Below are positions 55,528 through 64,000 of a stretch of 64,000 nt of DNA, in pieces. Source of the DNA: Flavobacteriales bacterium UBA3364 (GTDB lineage Bacteria; Bacteroidota; Bacteroidia; Flavobacteriales_F; PHOS-HE28); assembly GCA_002360495.1 (NCBI GenBank), contig DEQO01000125.1, forward strand, positions 8,751 through 72,750. Reading direction: 5' to 3'. The position numbers and the translations under genes were made by a program. The notes under the pieces were generated by a model. That model was not told the DNA's origin, did no database searches, and saw only the letters and a program-made list of their open reading frames with translations. Positions within the stretch are counted from its first letter, which is position 1; every line of letters begins with the position of its first letter.

Positions 55528-58500
55528 GTGCCCATCGCGGAACGCGTCGCTGGTACCGCGCTGCTCCTGTGCTTCGGAGCCGCTTGTGCGAATGCCCAAC
55601 AGCACGCGTTCTCCCAGTTCTCCACCAAGGATGGTCTGGCACAAAGCCAGGTGCGCACCATCGCACAAGATGGGCAGGGCTATATCTGGTTCGGCACATT
55701 GGGCGGTGCAAGCCGTTTCGATGGTCGGCAATTCATGAACTACGCGCTTTCCGATGGACTACCCGACCCACAGGTCAGTGCCATGGTACGCGATGGGGAC
55801 GGCACCCTGTTCCTCGGTTGCGGGAATTCTCTGGTGCGCTCTTCAGGCCACGGCCTCACCGTGGAGCGATTGCCCGCAAAAAGCCTTGGCACCAGGATCC
55901 TGGCGCTGGCCAGGAACCACCGTGGGAGCATCTTCATCGGCACGGACGGTGGAGGTGTCTTCGTTCGCGATAGTGCCGGGATCGGACCACTGTCCGGCTA
56001 TCCTGCTGATACCGCCTCGAACGTCCGCGCGCTGCTCGCGCTGTCGGATGGTCGTTTGCTGATCGGGCTTCGGAACGGTCTGTTGCTCTGGGAGAATGGC
56101 GTCTGCCGATCCGTCCAGGTCGGTGATACCGATCCGAAGGCCATCAATGCGCTGGCCGAAAGCAAGGATGGTACGTGGTGGGTGGGGACCGTGATCGACG
56201 GGCTCTATGGCATTCACACGGACGGCAAGCAAACTGAATACGACGAGGAGAACGGGCTCTTGCGCAACAACGTGCGTTGTTTGTTGCTGGACGAACGGGA
56301 CCGCCTTTGGATCGGTACCAAATTCGGCGTGAACCTCCTGGACAACGGTCGCCTTCGCTTGTTCACCATCCACCAAGGCATGCCGAGCGACAACATCTCG
56401 TGTGCTTTCCAGGATTCCGAAGGCAATGTCTGGTTCGGGACCGATGGCGCTGGTGTGCTCAAGTACGCGGGAGACCGGTTCGTGACCTTCACCTTGAAGG
56501 ACGGCCTTTGCAGCGACCTGGTGATGAACATCACAGCCGATGCACAAGGGGATCTCTGGCTCGGAACCTACGACAACGGCATCTGCCGCATGGACGGTAT
56601 GGCTTGGGTCAGCACGCTGGATGGTCTACCCAACAACACCATTTGGTGCGGAGCGCGGGATCGCAACGGGGTACTGTGGTTCGGTACAGCGAGCGGGTTG
56701 GTCCAGCTGGTGAACGGAATGGTACGGCCCCTTCCGCCTGCGATCGCGCTTGCCGACCAGCCCGTACTCTCCTTGAACGAAGCGCCCGATGGAAGCATGT
56801 GGTGCGGGCTGCGCGAAGGGCTCGCGATCATCTCGCCGCTGGGGGAAATGGAGCTGATACCCGCAGCTGCAAATGGCCCGGGACGCTCCATCCGGAACAT
56901 GATCCGCGACCGTAGCGGGGATCTTTGGTTGGCCACCGAACAAGGTCTTGTGCGCTACGGCAAGAACCGGTTCACCCGCTTCACCAAGGAGCGGGGGCTT
57001 GGCGACAACACGGTCCTTTGTCTCTTGCACGATGATAAGGAGCGGCTTTGGATCGGTACCGCGAACGGGATCACGTGCATGGAGAACGGGACGTTCCACT
57101 CCTTCAAACTGGCCACTGACTTCGGGTCGAACTATGTCGACCTGCTCTTGGCCGACGGGCTCGGACGCATCTGGGCCGGTACCAACAACGGCCTTTTCTT
57201 GATGCATCCCGACAGCCTGCTCGATGGCCGGGGATCACCCGAACACATCACCCTGAACGATGGACTGCGCAGTTTGGAGTTCAACCTGAACGCCGGGTTC
57301 CTGGACCCTCGCGGGCGCTTGATGATGGGTAGCGCAGGGGGCCTTGTCTTCCATGATCTCAAGCGATATCCGTCTTCCATTCCGGTCCCTCGACCATTGA
57401 CCAGGATCACCGGTGTGCGTTCTTTCCTGCAAGCCACGGATTGGTCCGACCAGAGCACCGGAACGGACGCCCAGGGATTGCCCACGGGCCTGCACCTCGC
57501 CTATCGCCGGAACCACCTCACATTCGATTATGTGGGCATTTCATTATCGGAACCCGATCAGGTGCAATACCGCTACCGGCTGAAGGGCTTCGACCAGGAC
57601 TGGCTGCCACCCACCGATGCGCGCTTCGCCAGCTACAGCAATCTGGCACAAGGGACCTATTCGTTCGAGGTGACGTCCAGCGTGCGCAACGGCGAATGGA
57701 GCGCGCCGACCTCGTTCACGTTCGTGATCACCCCGCCGTTCTGGTTACGATGGTGGTTCTTCCTGGCTTGCGCCCTTGTGCTATCCGGCGCCATCTATGG
57801 CGTATTCCGCTACCGGGCCATGGCACGCCAGCGGCATGAGCGCACCCGCCAATTGATGCTGCGTTCCCGCATGCTGCAACTGGAACAACAGGCCTTGAAC
57901 GCGAACATGAACCGCCACTTCGTCTTCAACGCCCTGAACAGCATCCAGTACCACATCAACAAACAGGACCGGGCCACGGCCAGCCGGTACCTCACCAGCT
58001 TCGCCAAACTGATCCGTAAGAATCTTGACGCCAGCCAGAACGACACCACCACCCTGGCCGAGGAATTGGAGCGATTGGAACTCTACCTTGTTCTGGAGCA
58101 CATGCGCTTCAAGGACAAGTTCGACTACAAGATCACGGTCGAGCCAGGGGTTGATATAGCCGGGGCCAGGCTACCGGCCATGATGCTCCAGCCGTATGTG
58201 GAGAACAGCATCTGGCACGGTATCCTCCCAAAGGACGGGTCCGGACGGGTGGAGATCGTGGTCCGCCCCGCGCCGAACCACCGTGTCCAAGTGCATATCC
58301 AGGACGATGGCATCGGCATGCAGAACAGCCTGAAGGCCAAGGAAGGCTTGTCCGGGGACCATATCTCCCGGGGTATCGAGATCACCAAGGGCCGTGCGGA
58401 TGTGCTACGGAAGCTGGAATTGACCGATATCCGAATTTCCGGGCCGGAAGACCGCCTTGATGGGGCCAGTGGCCGTTGCTTGGGAACCCAAGTATCGATC

Positions 58501-58584
58501 GAACTGCCCTTGACCGACGGTTGGAAAAAGTCCGAAGGGGGCTTGCAAACAGCTGATGGACAACTTACTTTTGATGGACGGTAA
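55528..58584 (+). CDS. Sensor histidine kinase with periplasmic two-component-regulator propeller repeats, Y_Y_Y-like domain and LytS-type kinase core
   Basis: GTG start and a signal peptide. It has many (I/L)WxGT..GL repeats, a TM helix (WWFFLACALVLSGAIYGVF), the His_kinase motif RHFVFNALNSIQ and the ATPase motif PYVENSIWHGI. Confidence 0.92.
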   Translation: MPIAERVAGTALLLCFGAACANAQQHAFSQFSTKDGLAQSQVRTIAQDGQGYIWFGTLGGASRFDGRQFMNYALSDGLPDPQVSAMVRDGDGTLFLGCGNSLVRSSGHGLTVERLPAKSLGTRILALARNHRGSIFIGTDGGGVFVRDSAGIGPLSGYPADTASNVRALLALSDGRLLIGLRNGLLLWENGVCRSVQVGDTDPKAINALAESKDGTWWVGTVIDGLYGIHTDGKQTEYDEENGLLRNNVRCLLLDERDRLWIGTKFGVNLLDNGRLRLFTIHQGMPSDNISCAFQDSEGNVWFGTDGAGVLKYAGDRFVTFTLKDGLCSDLVMNITADAQGDLWLGTYDNGICRMDGMAWVSTLDGLPNNTIWCGARDRNGVLWFGTASGLVQLVNGMVRPLPPAIALADQPVLSLNEAPDGSMWCGLREGLAIISPLGEMELIPAAANGPGRSIRNMIRDRSGDLWLATEQGLVRYGKNRFTRFTKERGLGDNTVLCLLHDDKERLWIGTANGITCMENGTFHSFKLATDFGSNYVDLLLADGLGRIWAGTNNGLFLMHPDSLLDGRGSPEHITLNDGLRSLEFNLNAGFLDPRGRLMMGSAGGLVFHDLKRYPSSIPVPRPLTRITGVRSFLQATDWSDQSTGTDAQGLPTGLHLAYRRNHLTFDYVGISLSEPDQVQYRYRLKGFDQDWLPPTDARFASYSNLAQGTYSFEVTSSVRNGEWSAPTSFTFVITPPFWLRWWFFLACALVLSGAIYGVFRYRAMARQRHERTRQLMLRSRMLQLEQQALNANMNRHFVFNALNSIQYHINKQDRATASRYLTSFAKLIRKNLDASQNDTTTLAEELERLELYLVLEHMRFKDKFDYKITVEPGVDIAGARLPAMMLQPYVENSIWHGILPKDGSGRVEIVVRPAPNHRVQVHIQDDGIGMQNSLKAKEGLSGDHISRGIEITKGRADVLRKLELTDIRISGPEDRLDGASGRCLGTQVSIELPLTDGWKKSEGGLQTADGQLTFDGR

Positions 58585-58596
58585 TTCGCCTTAGTC

Positions 58597-58878
58597 ATGC
58601 GTTCGGCCCTCCCTGTTGTGCTTCTCATCGGTCTACTGGCCACTTCCTGTAGCAAGGAAGAGCCGGTGGAGCCCTGCTCATCCGCGCATCAGGAAGAAGT
58701 GAACGAGAAGGACAACGCGGGTAAGCCTATCGTGTCCGAAAATGCGGCCGATGGTCAACAAGGCTTGGGCGAACCCGTGATAGCCACACCTACCGGGGGC
58801 GATACTGATGGCACCGGCATCAGCGATGATGGTGATGACCTTTCCGATAGCGAGCGCGTTCGTAAGAAGCGCCGTTGA
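58597..58878 (+). CDS. Small acidic lipoprotein (93 aa)
   Basis: Lipobox LLATSC, an Asp/Gly/Glu-rich body and a basic KKRR tail. It starts 12 nt after the kinase stop. Confidence 0.55.
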   Translation: MRSALPVVLLIGLLATSCSKEEPVEPCSSAHQEEVNEKDNAGKPIVSENAADGQQGLGEPVIATPTGGDTDGTGISDDGDDLSDSERVRKKRR

Positions 58879-58900
58879 CCGAACAACTTGAACACTCGTG

Positions 58901-58922
58901 AGCGCCCCGTAACTGGGGCGTT
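58901..58922 (+). terminator. Hairpin after the kinase/lipoprotein unit
   Basis: AGCGCCCC-gtaact-GGGGCGTT lies 22 nt after the stop. The T-tract is weak. Confidence 0.45.
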
Positions 58923-59027
58923 CCTCGTTCATCGACCTGCCGTTGGCCTTTCGAGCGCCGCCGTTCCTCGCGATATCCGACGGTCGTGTCACGGTCAACG
59001 CTAGTTTCCTGCTCCGGGAACACGCGT

Positions 59028-60581
59028 ATGGGAACTTCACCCGATCATCTTCATCGGTTGATCCGGTCCATGACCGGACCCGAGAAGCGATACTTCAAGG
59101 TGTTCACCGCGCGCCTCGCGCCCGGCACATCCGGCGATCAGCACGTCCTGTTCGATGCGATCGCCGCAATGACCACTTATGATGAACAAGCACTTCTGGA
59201 GCAACTCGCCGACCGGCGCTCGCAGAAGCACTTCACGACCATCAAGCACCGGCTCTATGATGCAGTGCTGCGCAGCCTCTCGGCCTTCCATGTGGAAGGA
59301 TCGATCGATGCCCGATTGGCCCGATCGATGCACCAAGTGGAGGTCTTGCACGACAAGGCCCTGTACGAAGATGCAGAACGCCTATTGAACAGCGCGCGAC
59401 GTCTGGCCCGGTCCCATGATCGACAGCTGGTGCTGCTGGCCATCGCCCGTTGGGATCAACGCTTGCTGGAACGCAACAACTATGCACTCGCGACCAAGGA
59501 AAGGATGGGCCGTCTCCTGCAGGATACCGAGGCGGCGATGGCAGAGCAGCAGGAACTGAACGCGTTGTGGGAAGCGAAAAGCAAGATCCTGCTCAACCTG
59601 TATCGCGGTGGGCAGGCGCGTTGCAAGGAGGCCCTCGCGGAAGTACGGCTCATCCTCGATCGACCATTGTTGCATGATGCAGGAGGACTGCGAACACCGC
59701 GCGCCCGTTTCCTCTTCCACCACCTGCACGGTGCCGCCGCTTTCGCGACCGGTGACATGTCCCTTTGCATGGAACACCTGACCCGAGCGATCGACACATT
59801 GGAGGGATCCCGCACCAAATTCCTGGAGGAACCAAATCTGGCGATCTCCACGTTGAGCAACCTCATCTATGTGAAGGTCCGCATGGGACATTTCGAGGAC
59901 GCGTTCGCCTTATTACGCGAATTCCGCTCCCTGCCCGCGCGCTGGGACATGCCGGAAACGGAGGACCTTGACCTGAAGCTCTTCGCGACGAGCACGAGCC
60001 TGGAACTGACGATACACTCCCGCATGGGTGCGTTCGACAAGGCCTTGGAGCTGATCCCCGTCGTGGAGCGTGGTATGGCCCGACATGGACGTCGATTGGG
60101 CCCCATGCGGAAAGCTGCATTCTACTACCAACTCGCATACGCATACTTCGGTGCAGGCAGGCCCGACCTCGCCTTGCGTTGGAGCCAGCGTTTGCTCAAC
60201 GACATCCACATCGATGACAGTACGGAGATCGTCTGCTTCGGACGTATACTGAACCTGATGTCGCATATCGACGCCGACAAGCTCGATGTCGTGCCGTACA
60301 CCTTGCGCAATACGGGCCGCTTCCTCGCCACGCGTGCGCGTTCCCATCGCTTCGAGCCGGGATTCCTCGCCATGGTGAAGGGCGTGTTGAAGGCCCGCAC
60401 ACCTGCCGCTTTACAAGGCGTTTACGCCACGTTCCTGGAGAGGATCACACCACTGGAATTCGATCCCTTCGAGCATGTGGTGTTCGATCATATGGACCCG
60501 ATCGCGTGGGTGGAAAGCAAGCTGACCGGAAGACCGTTCGCGGAACTGGTCAGGGAGCGTGCGACGCGCGTGGCAGCGTAA
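59028..60581 (+). CDS. Conserved all-alpha (TPR-like) hypothetical protein (517 aa)
   Basis: I trimmed the start to MGTSPDHLHRLIRSMTGPEKRYFKVF. The N-terminal motif is one I recall from unannotated Bacteroidota proteins. Function unknown. Confidence 0.78.
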   Translation: MGTSPDHLHRLIRSMTGPEKRYFKVFTARLAPGTSGDQHVLFDAIAAMTTYDEQALLEQLADRRSQKHFTTIKHRLYDAVLRSLSAFHVEGSIDARLARSMHQVEVLHDKALYEDAERLLNSARRLARSHDRQLVLLAIARWDQRLLERNNYALATKERMGRLLQDTEAAMAEQQELNALWEAKSKILLNLYRGGQARCKEALAEVRLILDRPLLHDAGGLRTPRARFLFHHLHGAAAFATGDMSLCMEHLTRAIDTLEGSRTKFLEEPNLAISTLSNLIYVKVRMGHFEDAFALLREFRSLPARWDMPETEDLDLKLFATSTSLELTIHSRMGAFDKALELIPVVERGMARHGRRLGPMRKAAFYYQLAYAYFGAGRPDLALRWSQRLLNDIHIDDSTEIVCFGRILNLMSHIDADKLDVVPYTLRNTGRFLATRARSHRFEPGFLAMVKGVLKARTPAALQGVYATFLERITPLEFDPFEHVVFDHMDPIAWVESKLTGRPFAELVRERATRVAA

Positions 60582-60584
60582 CGA

Positions 60585-61628
60585 CTACCCCTTCCTCAAG
60601 AACGCATCCCACCCTTGCGCACGCAATTCGTGCAGGCCACCATGCTTGTCCACCAAGTGGTATCCGCTGGCCGCATCGGTCATGTGGCCGATCACGCTCA
60701 AGCTCGGATTGCCTTTGATCTTCTCGAAGTCCGCCTGCGCCACCGTGAAGAGCAGTTCGTAATCCTCGCCGCCGTTGAGTGCGCAGGTGCTGGGGTCGAG
60801 ATCGAAATCGCGGGCGGTCCGGTAGGTCGTGGGATCGATGGGTAATTTGTCGTCGTAGATGCGGACGCCCAGGCCGGAGCTGCGCGCGATGTGCATCGCT
60901 TCACTGGCAAGACCATCGCTGACGTCGATCATCGCCGTAGGCTGAACGTCGAGATGCTTCAACAAGGTGATGATGTCCTTGCGCGCCTCGGGTTTCAACT
61001 GACGTTCGATGATGTAGTCGTGACCGGCGAGATCCGGTTGTGCACCGGTCTGCGTGAAGACCGCTTTCTCGCGCTCCAAGACCTGGAGGCCCATGTATGC
61101 ACCACCGAGATCACCGCTGACCACCAGAAGGTCATTGTCCTTCGCGCCGCTTCGGTAGATGATGTGCTCCTTCTTCGCTACCCCGATGGCGGTGATGGAG
61201 ATCACCAACCCACTGCGTGAAGCTGTGGTATCGCCACCGACGAGGTCCACGCCGTAGTTCCTGCAGGCCATCAACAGTCCTTCGTAGAGCTCATCCACGG
61301 CCTCTACCGGGAAGCGGTTGCTCAAGCCCAAAGCCACCACCACTTGCCTCGGTTCGGCATTCATGGCGTAGACATCGCTCAAGTTCACCACAACGGACTT
61401 ATAGCCGAGATGCTTCAGGGGCACATACGCCAGATCGAAGTGCACACCCTCCACCAGCATATCCGTGGTGATGACCTGATGAAGACCTTGTGGATCGATC
61501 ACGGCCGCATCATCACCGATGCCTTTCAGCGTCGATGCATGGGATGGGACGATCCGCGAGGCGAGCCGTTCGATCAAGCCGAATTCGCCGAGGGCGGAAA
61601 GTTCGGTACGAGGGGAATTGTCGGTCAT
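60585..61628 (-). CDS. thiL: Thiamine-monophosphate kinase
   Basis: I trimmed the start to MTDNSPRTELSALGEFGLIERL. It contains GIGDDAAV and the AIR-synthase-like fold motifs DLVGGDTT and DVSDGL. Confidence 0.92.
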   Translation of the reverse strand: MTDNSPRTELSALGEFGLIERLASRIVPSHASTLKGIGDDAAVIDPQGLHQVITTDMLVEGVHFDLAYVPLKHLGYKSVVVNLSDVYAMNAEPRQVVVALGLSNRFPVEAVDELYEGLLMACRNYGVDLVGGDTTASRSGLVISITAIGVAKKEHIIYRSGAKDNDLLVVSGDLGGAYMGLQVLEREKAVFTQTGAQPDLAGHDYIIERQLKPEARKDIITLLKHLDVQPTAMIDVSDGLASEAMHIARSSGLGVRIYDDKLPIDPTTYRTARDFDLDPSTCALNGGEDYELLFTVAQADFEKIKGNPSLSVIGHMTDAASGYHLVDKHGGLHELRAQGWDAFLRKG

Positions 61629-61690
61629 CCGTGCAAAGATCGCCGGTGGCCGCAAAAGTGGGCCACAGTCCGTGTTCCCCGCCGGAACGT

Positions 61691-63241
61691 TCAGGGGCCA
61701 ACACGTTCGAAAAGCCGCATCCTAATGTTCTTCAATCCGACCAGATCATGCACCTCAACGCTGTCCAGGCAGGTGAAACCAGGCATGTGATCCGCAGGTG
61801 TGATGCGCAACCGATCCGTCCCGGGCCACGACAATTCCGGAGTATCCGCCCTGTAGCCGGCCATTTCGAAGCGTTGGTATCCGTTCCACTCGAACCCGCC
61901 GTTCAGGTCCAGCTTTCGCTCCAGGGCGCCACATCCATCGGCCAGCGCGCGGGCACCTTTCCTGGTCCCTTGGAAATAGACCTGTTCGTTCACACTGAAA
62001 AGCACCAAGCACATCAACACTACGAGCGTAACGATCCCGGGTGCCCTCCCGGTGATCGGCATCCGTGGCATCAGAAGGATGATCAAGAACGCCAGCGCGA
62101 ACACGAAATACCGATCGCTCAGGTAGATGATCGACAACGGCACGACACTCCCCAGCAGGATGAACGAGGCCGGATGCAGCAACCGGAAGTGCCCGATGCA
62201 CTTCGCCAAGGACAACGCACTTGCCAGGACAATGAGCGAACCAATGAGCCACGAGGTATCGAACTGGGCGGATGCGTGATCGGGGAAAAGCAACGCGCCA
62301 ACACCCTTCGCGTGCCAGATATCACCGGTGAACGGCCAGTTGTTCCCTGACCAATACATGCGCGCTTGACCCAAGAGGATCAATACCGCCGCGATCAGCA
62401 GTTCCTTCCGGGACCACTTCCAGAATTGGGGAAGCGTGAGCGGCAGCAGCGAAACGCCTGCAAAGAGGGCGAAATTCAGCAGGTAGTATCCCAACTTGCC
62501 AACGGCCATCAGATCCGGGTCCACCCACGCGAAGAGCGCCACCCCGAATTGGAACGCGTAGTTCTGCGGCCGACCGATGCGTTCAACGAACCAGGCATCG
62601 TGCCACATCAGCGCCACCGCCGCTCCTGCCAAAAGGACAATACCCATCCGGAGGTTGGCACTGTTCCGGATGCCGCAAAGAAGTTCGTAGAGGATCATTC
62701 CCCCAGGGAGTAGGAGGGCCGTAGGCCGATCCAGGACCGCAATGACCAGGAATACCATGGCCATGATGGCATCAATACGCGAATAGCCCTTCAGGCGTAT
62801 ACGCTCCATTCGGTGGAACGCGGCCAGGCAGAAGGTCAACGCGAATACGTCCGTCATGAAGCTCATGGAGAGATGAACGTAGACCGGGTTGAACAGGAGA
62901 AGAATTGCTCCCATGAACGAACCAAAAGGACCGACACCGTACAAGCGCAGTAGCGCATGAAGCGCGAGCGCCCCTGCACAGGCGAGGAGCATCATCGAGA
63001 TCCGCAAGGCAACGAAACCATCTCCACCCAGTCCCAGGAACGGATAGCCCCATAGGATCTGACTGAACAGTGGCATCCCCTGCCAGTCAAGGTAATGGAA
63101 TGCGCCGGCCTTCAAATTCTCAACGGCCCGCACATAGGCCCAATCATCATTCACCGGCCACTCTCCTGAGGGCCACACCACAAGGCACGCGACCAGCCAG
63201 AGGAGGATCAGCAAAAGCCGTTCTTTCATGATGGAGTTCAT
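61691..63241 (-). CDS. Polytopic membrane protein, GT39/ArnT-like glycosyltransferase family (PMT_2-like)
   Basis: 516 aa with more than 10 TM helices. The N-terminal loop contains NDDWAY (the DD/DE motif typical of GT-C enzymes). Confidence 0.75.
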   Translation of the reverse strand: MNSIMKERLLLILLWLVACLVVWPSGEWPVNDDWAYVRAVENLKAGAFHYLDWQGMPLFSQILWGYPFLGLGGDGFVALRISMMLLACAGALALHALLRLYGVGPFGSFMGAILLLFNPVYVHLSMSFMTDVFALTFCLAAFHRMERIRLKGYSRIDAIMAMVFLVIAVLDRPTALLLPGGMILYELLCGIRNSANLRMGIVLLAGAAVALMWHDAWFVERIGRPQNYAFQFGVALFAWVDPDLMAVGKLGYYLLNFALFAGVSLLPLTLPQFWKWSRKELLIAAVLILLGQARMYWSGNNWPFTGDIWHAKGVGALLFPDHASAQFDTSWLIGSLIVLASALSLAKCIGHFRLLHPASFILLGSVVPLSIIYLSDRYFVFALAFLIILLMPRMPITGRAPGIVTLVVLMCLVLFSVNEQVYFQGTRKGARALADGCGALERKLDLNGGFEWNGYQRFEMAGYRADTPELSWPGTDRLRITPADHMPGFTCLDSVEVHDLVGLKNIRMRLFERVGP

Positions 63242-63329
63242 TGTGTCCCTCCATCATGCTGCACGACAGGACCGGACATCAGCATGGCCGTGATCACGCA
63301 ACGACCGGTCCACCGCGGGGGCCAGCACC

Positions 63330-64000
63330 TCAAGGCTGCCGCTGATCCAGCAGCTTCACCCCTAGGATGCTCTCCAACATGGAAGACTGCCCGCTTTGCG
63401 CGCCTGCCATGAACGTGGTGGGGAGTGTGATCTTCGCGAGCGCCTCGGCCACACCGATCTTGGTGTCCTTCTCAAACTGCGCGCGCTCCTGTGGTGTCAA
63501 TCCTGCGGAGACGAGCTTCGAATTCGCGTAGGCCTGTGCATCGGCGTCCGTCTTGATCTTCTGGGCAGCAAGCAGGGCGGTCTCCGCTTGTAGCGCGGCC
63601 ACCTCCTTCTCCTGCTGTGCTTGGGTGACCGCCTGTGCCTTGATCACCTCCTGTTCCCACTTCGCCTTCGCGGCCGAGGCCTTCCCTTGGAGCTCCGTCG
63701 TTATCGCATCCTGCTCGGCTTTCTTCGAATTCGCGATGGCCGTCTGCACTTGCATGTACGCCTGCTGCTGCACCTTGATCTGTTGTTCCACCTCCTCATC
63801 GTAGTCGATGGCGTTCAACGCCAGGCCTTGTAAGCTGATGTTGTAAGCCATGAGCGCTGATTTCTCCTGGCGGAGCGGCACATTGCCCTGTTCCATGATC
63901 TTCACCACGGTCACTGTCTTGTCCGTGTTCATCAATTCATCGTGGATCTTCACCTCCTCCTGCCGTGTGCGGTAAACGCCGTTGATGCATTGGTCCTCAA
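63330..64000 (-). CDS. SPFH/Band 7 (prohibitin-like) domain protein, 5'-truncated by the window edge
   Basis: The frame stays open to nt 64000 (...EDQCINGVYRTRQEEVKIHDEL...). A C-terminal Ala/Gln/Glu-rich coiled coil is typical of SPFH proteins. Confidence 0.78.
   Translation of the reverse strand, partial: EDQCINGVYRTRQEEVKIHDELMNTDKTVTVVKIMEQGNVPLRQEKSALMAYNISLQGLALNAIDYDEEVEQQIKVQQQAYMQVQTAIANSKKAEQDAITTELQGKASAAKAKWEQEVIKAQAVTQAQQEKEVAALQAETALLAAQKIKTDADAQAYANSKLVSAGLTPQERAQFEKDTKIGVAEALAKITLPTTFMAGAQSGQSSMLESILGVKLLDQRQP

Noticed and set aside
1-64000. Mobile elements, prophage, defence islands, rRNA.
   Set aside because: I found no transposase, integrase, recombinase, phage structural, restriction-modification, cas or reverse-transcriptase-like translation in any frame. 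The only accessory-looking patches are the small islets described in the findings.

Overview
GC-rich (about 58-62% G+C by eye, not computed) chromosomal segment that looks like Bacteroidota. Three things support this. The order panC / panD-remnant, then divergent short glycogen-synthase / DUF4270 / glmS, resembles Flavobacteriia. Several genes have TAnnTTTG -7 promoter boxes just upstream. Four secreted proteins carry T9SS C-terminal sorting domains (three type A, one type B). I call about 55 protein genes and one tRNA-Leu(CAA). Most are housekeeping: nrdAB, glyQS, dCMP deaminase, S41 protease, Fe/Mn SOD, glmS, panC, rfaE2-like, radA, comF, sdhCAB, a YbdL/YafV-like transaminase plus omega-amidase pair, pepP and thiL. 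There is also a LytTR response regulator with a propeller-type LytS-family sensor kinase. I found no CRISPR array, rRNA, transposase, integrase or reverse transcriptase. Many long ORFs in the track lie antisense to real genes and are GC-driven artefacts. Several convergent gene pairs overlap at their 3' ends: TM2/glmS by 14 nt, radA/flavoprotein by 16 nt, and hypothetical/SBP by 7 nt. I did not find a convincing new multi-gene system. The most unusual items are these: (1) a panD ORF with an in-frame loss of its catalytic core and a Gly-Gly in place of the Gly-Ser self-cleavage site, next to an intact panC. (2) A low-GC islet at 1-1800 with a ParE-type TA pair, a GNAT plus small-ORF cassette, a tandem duplication and four related GTAGC/GCTAC hairpins. 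(3) A 54-nt near-perfect palindrome at 51232-51285 whose arms are three 10-nt tandem units. (4) A 441-nt untranslated leader upstream of nrdB, containing a C10 tract and direct repeats, plus a structured 252-nt nrdB-nrdA spacer. (5) A duplicated leader motif upstream of two consecutive genes at 49.3-49.6 kb. (6) An orphan small ORF that resembles a bare T9SS sorting domain, next to a 476-nt CA-rich divergent intergenic region. All functional calls come from reading the translated ORFs by eye. No database search was run.
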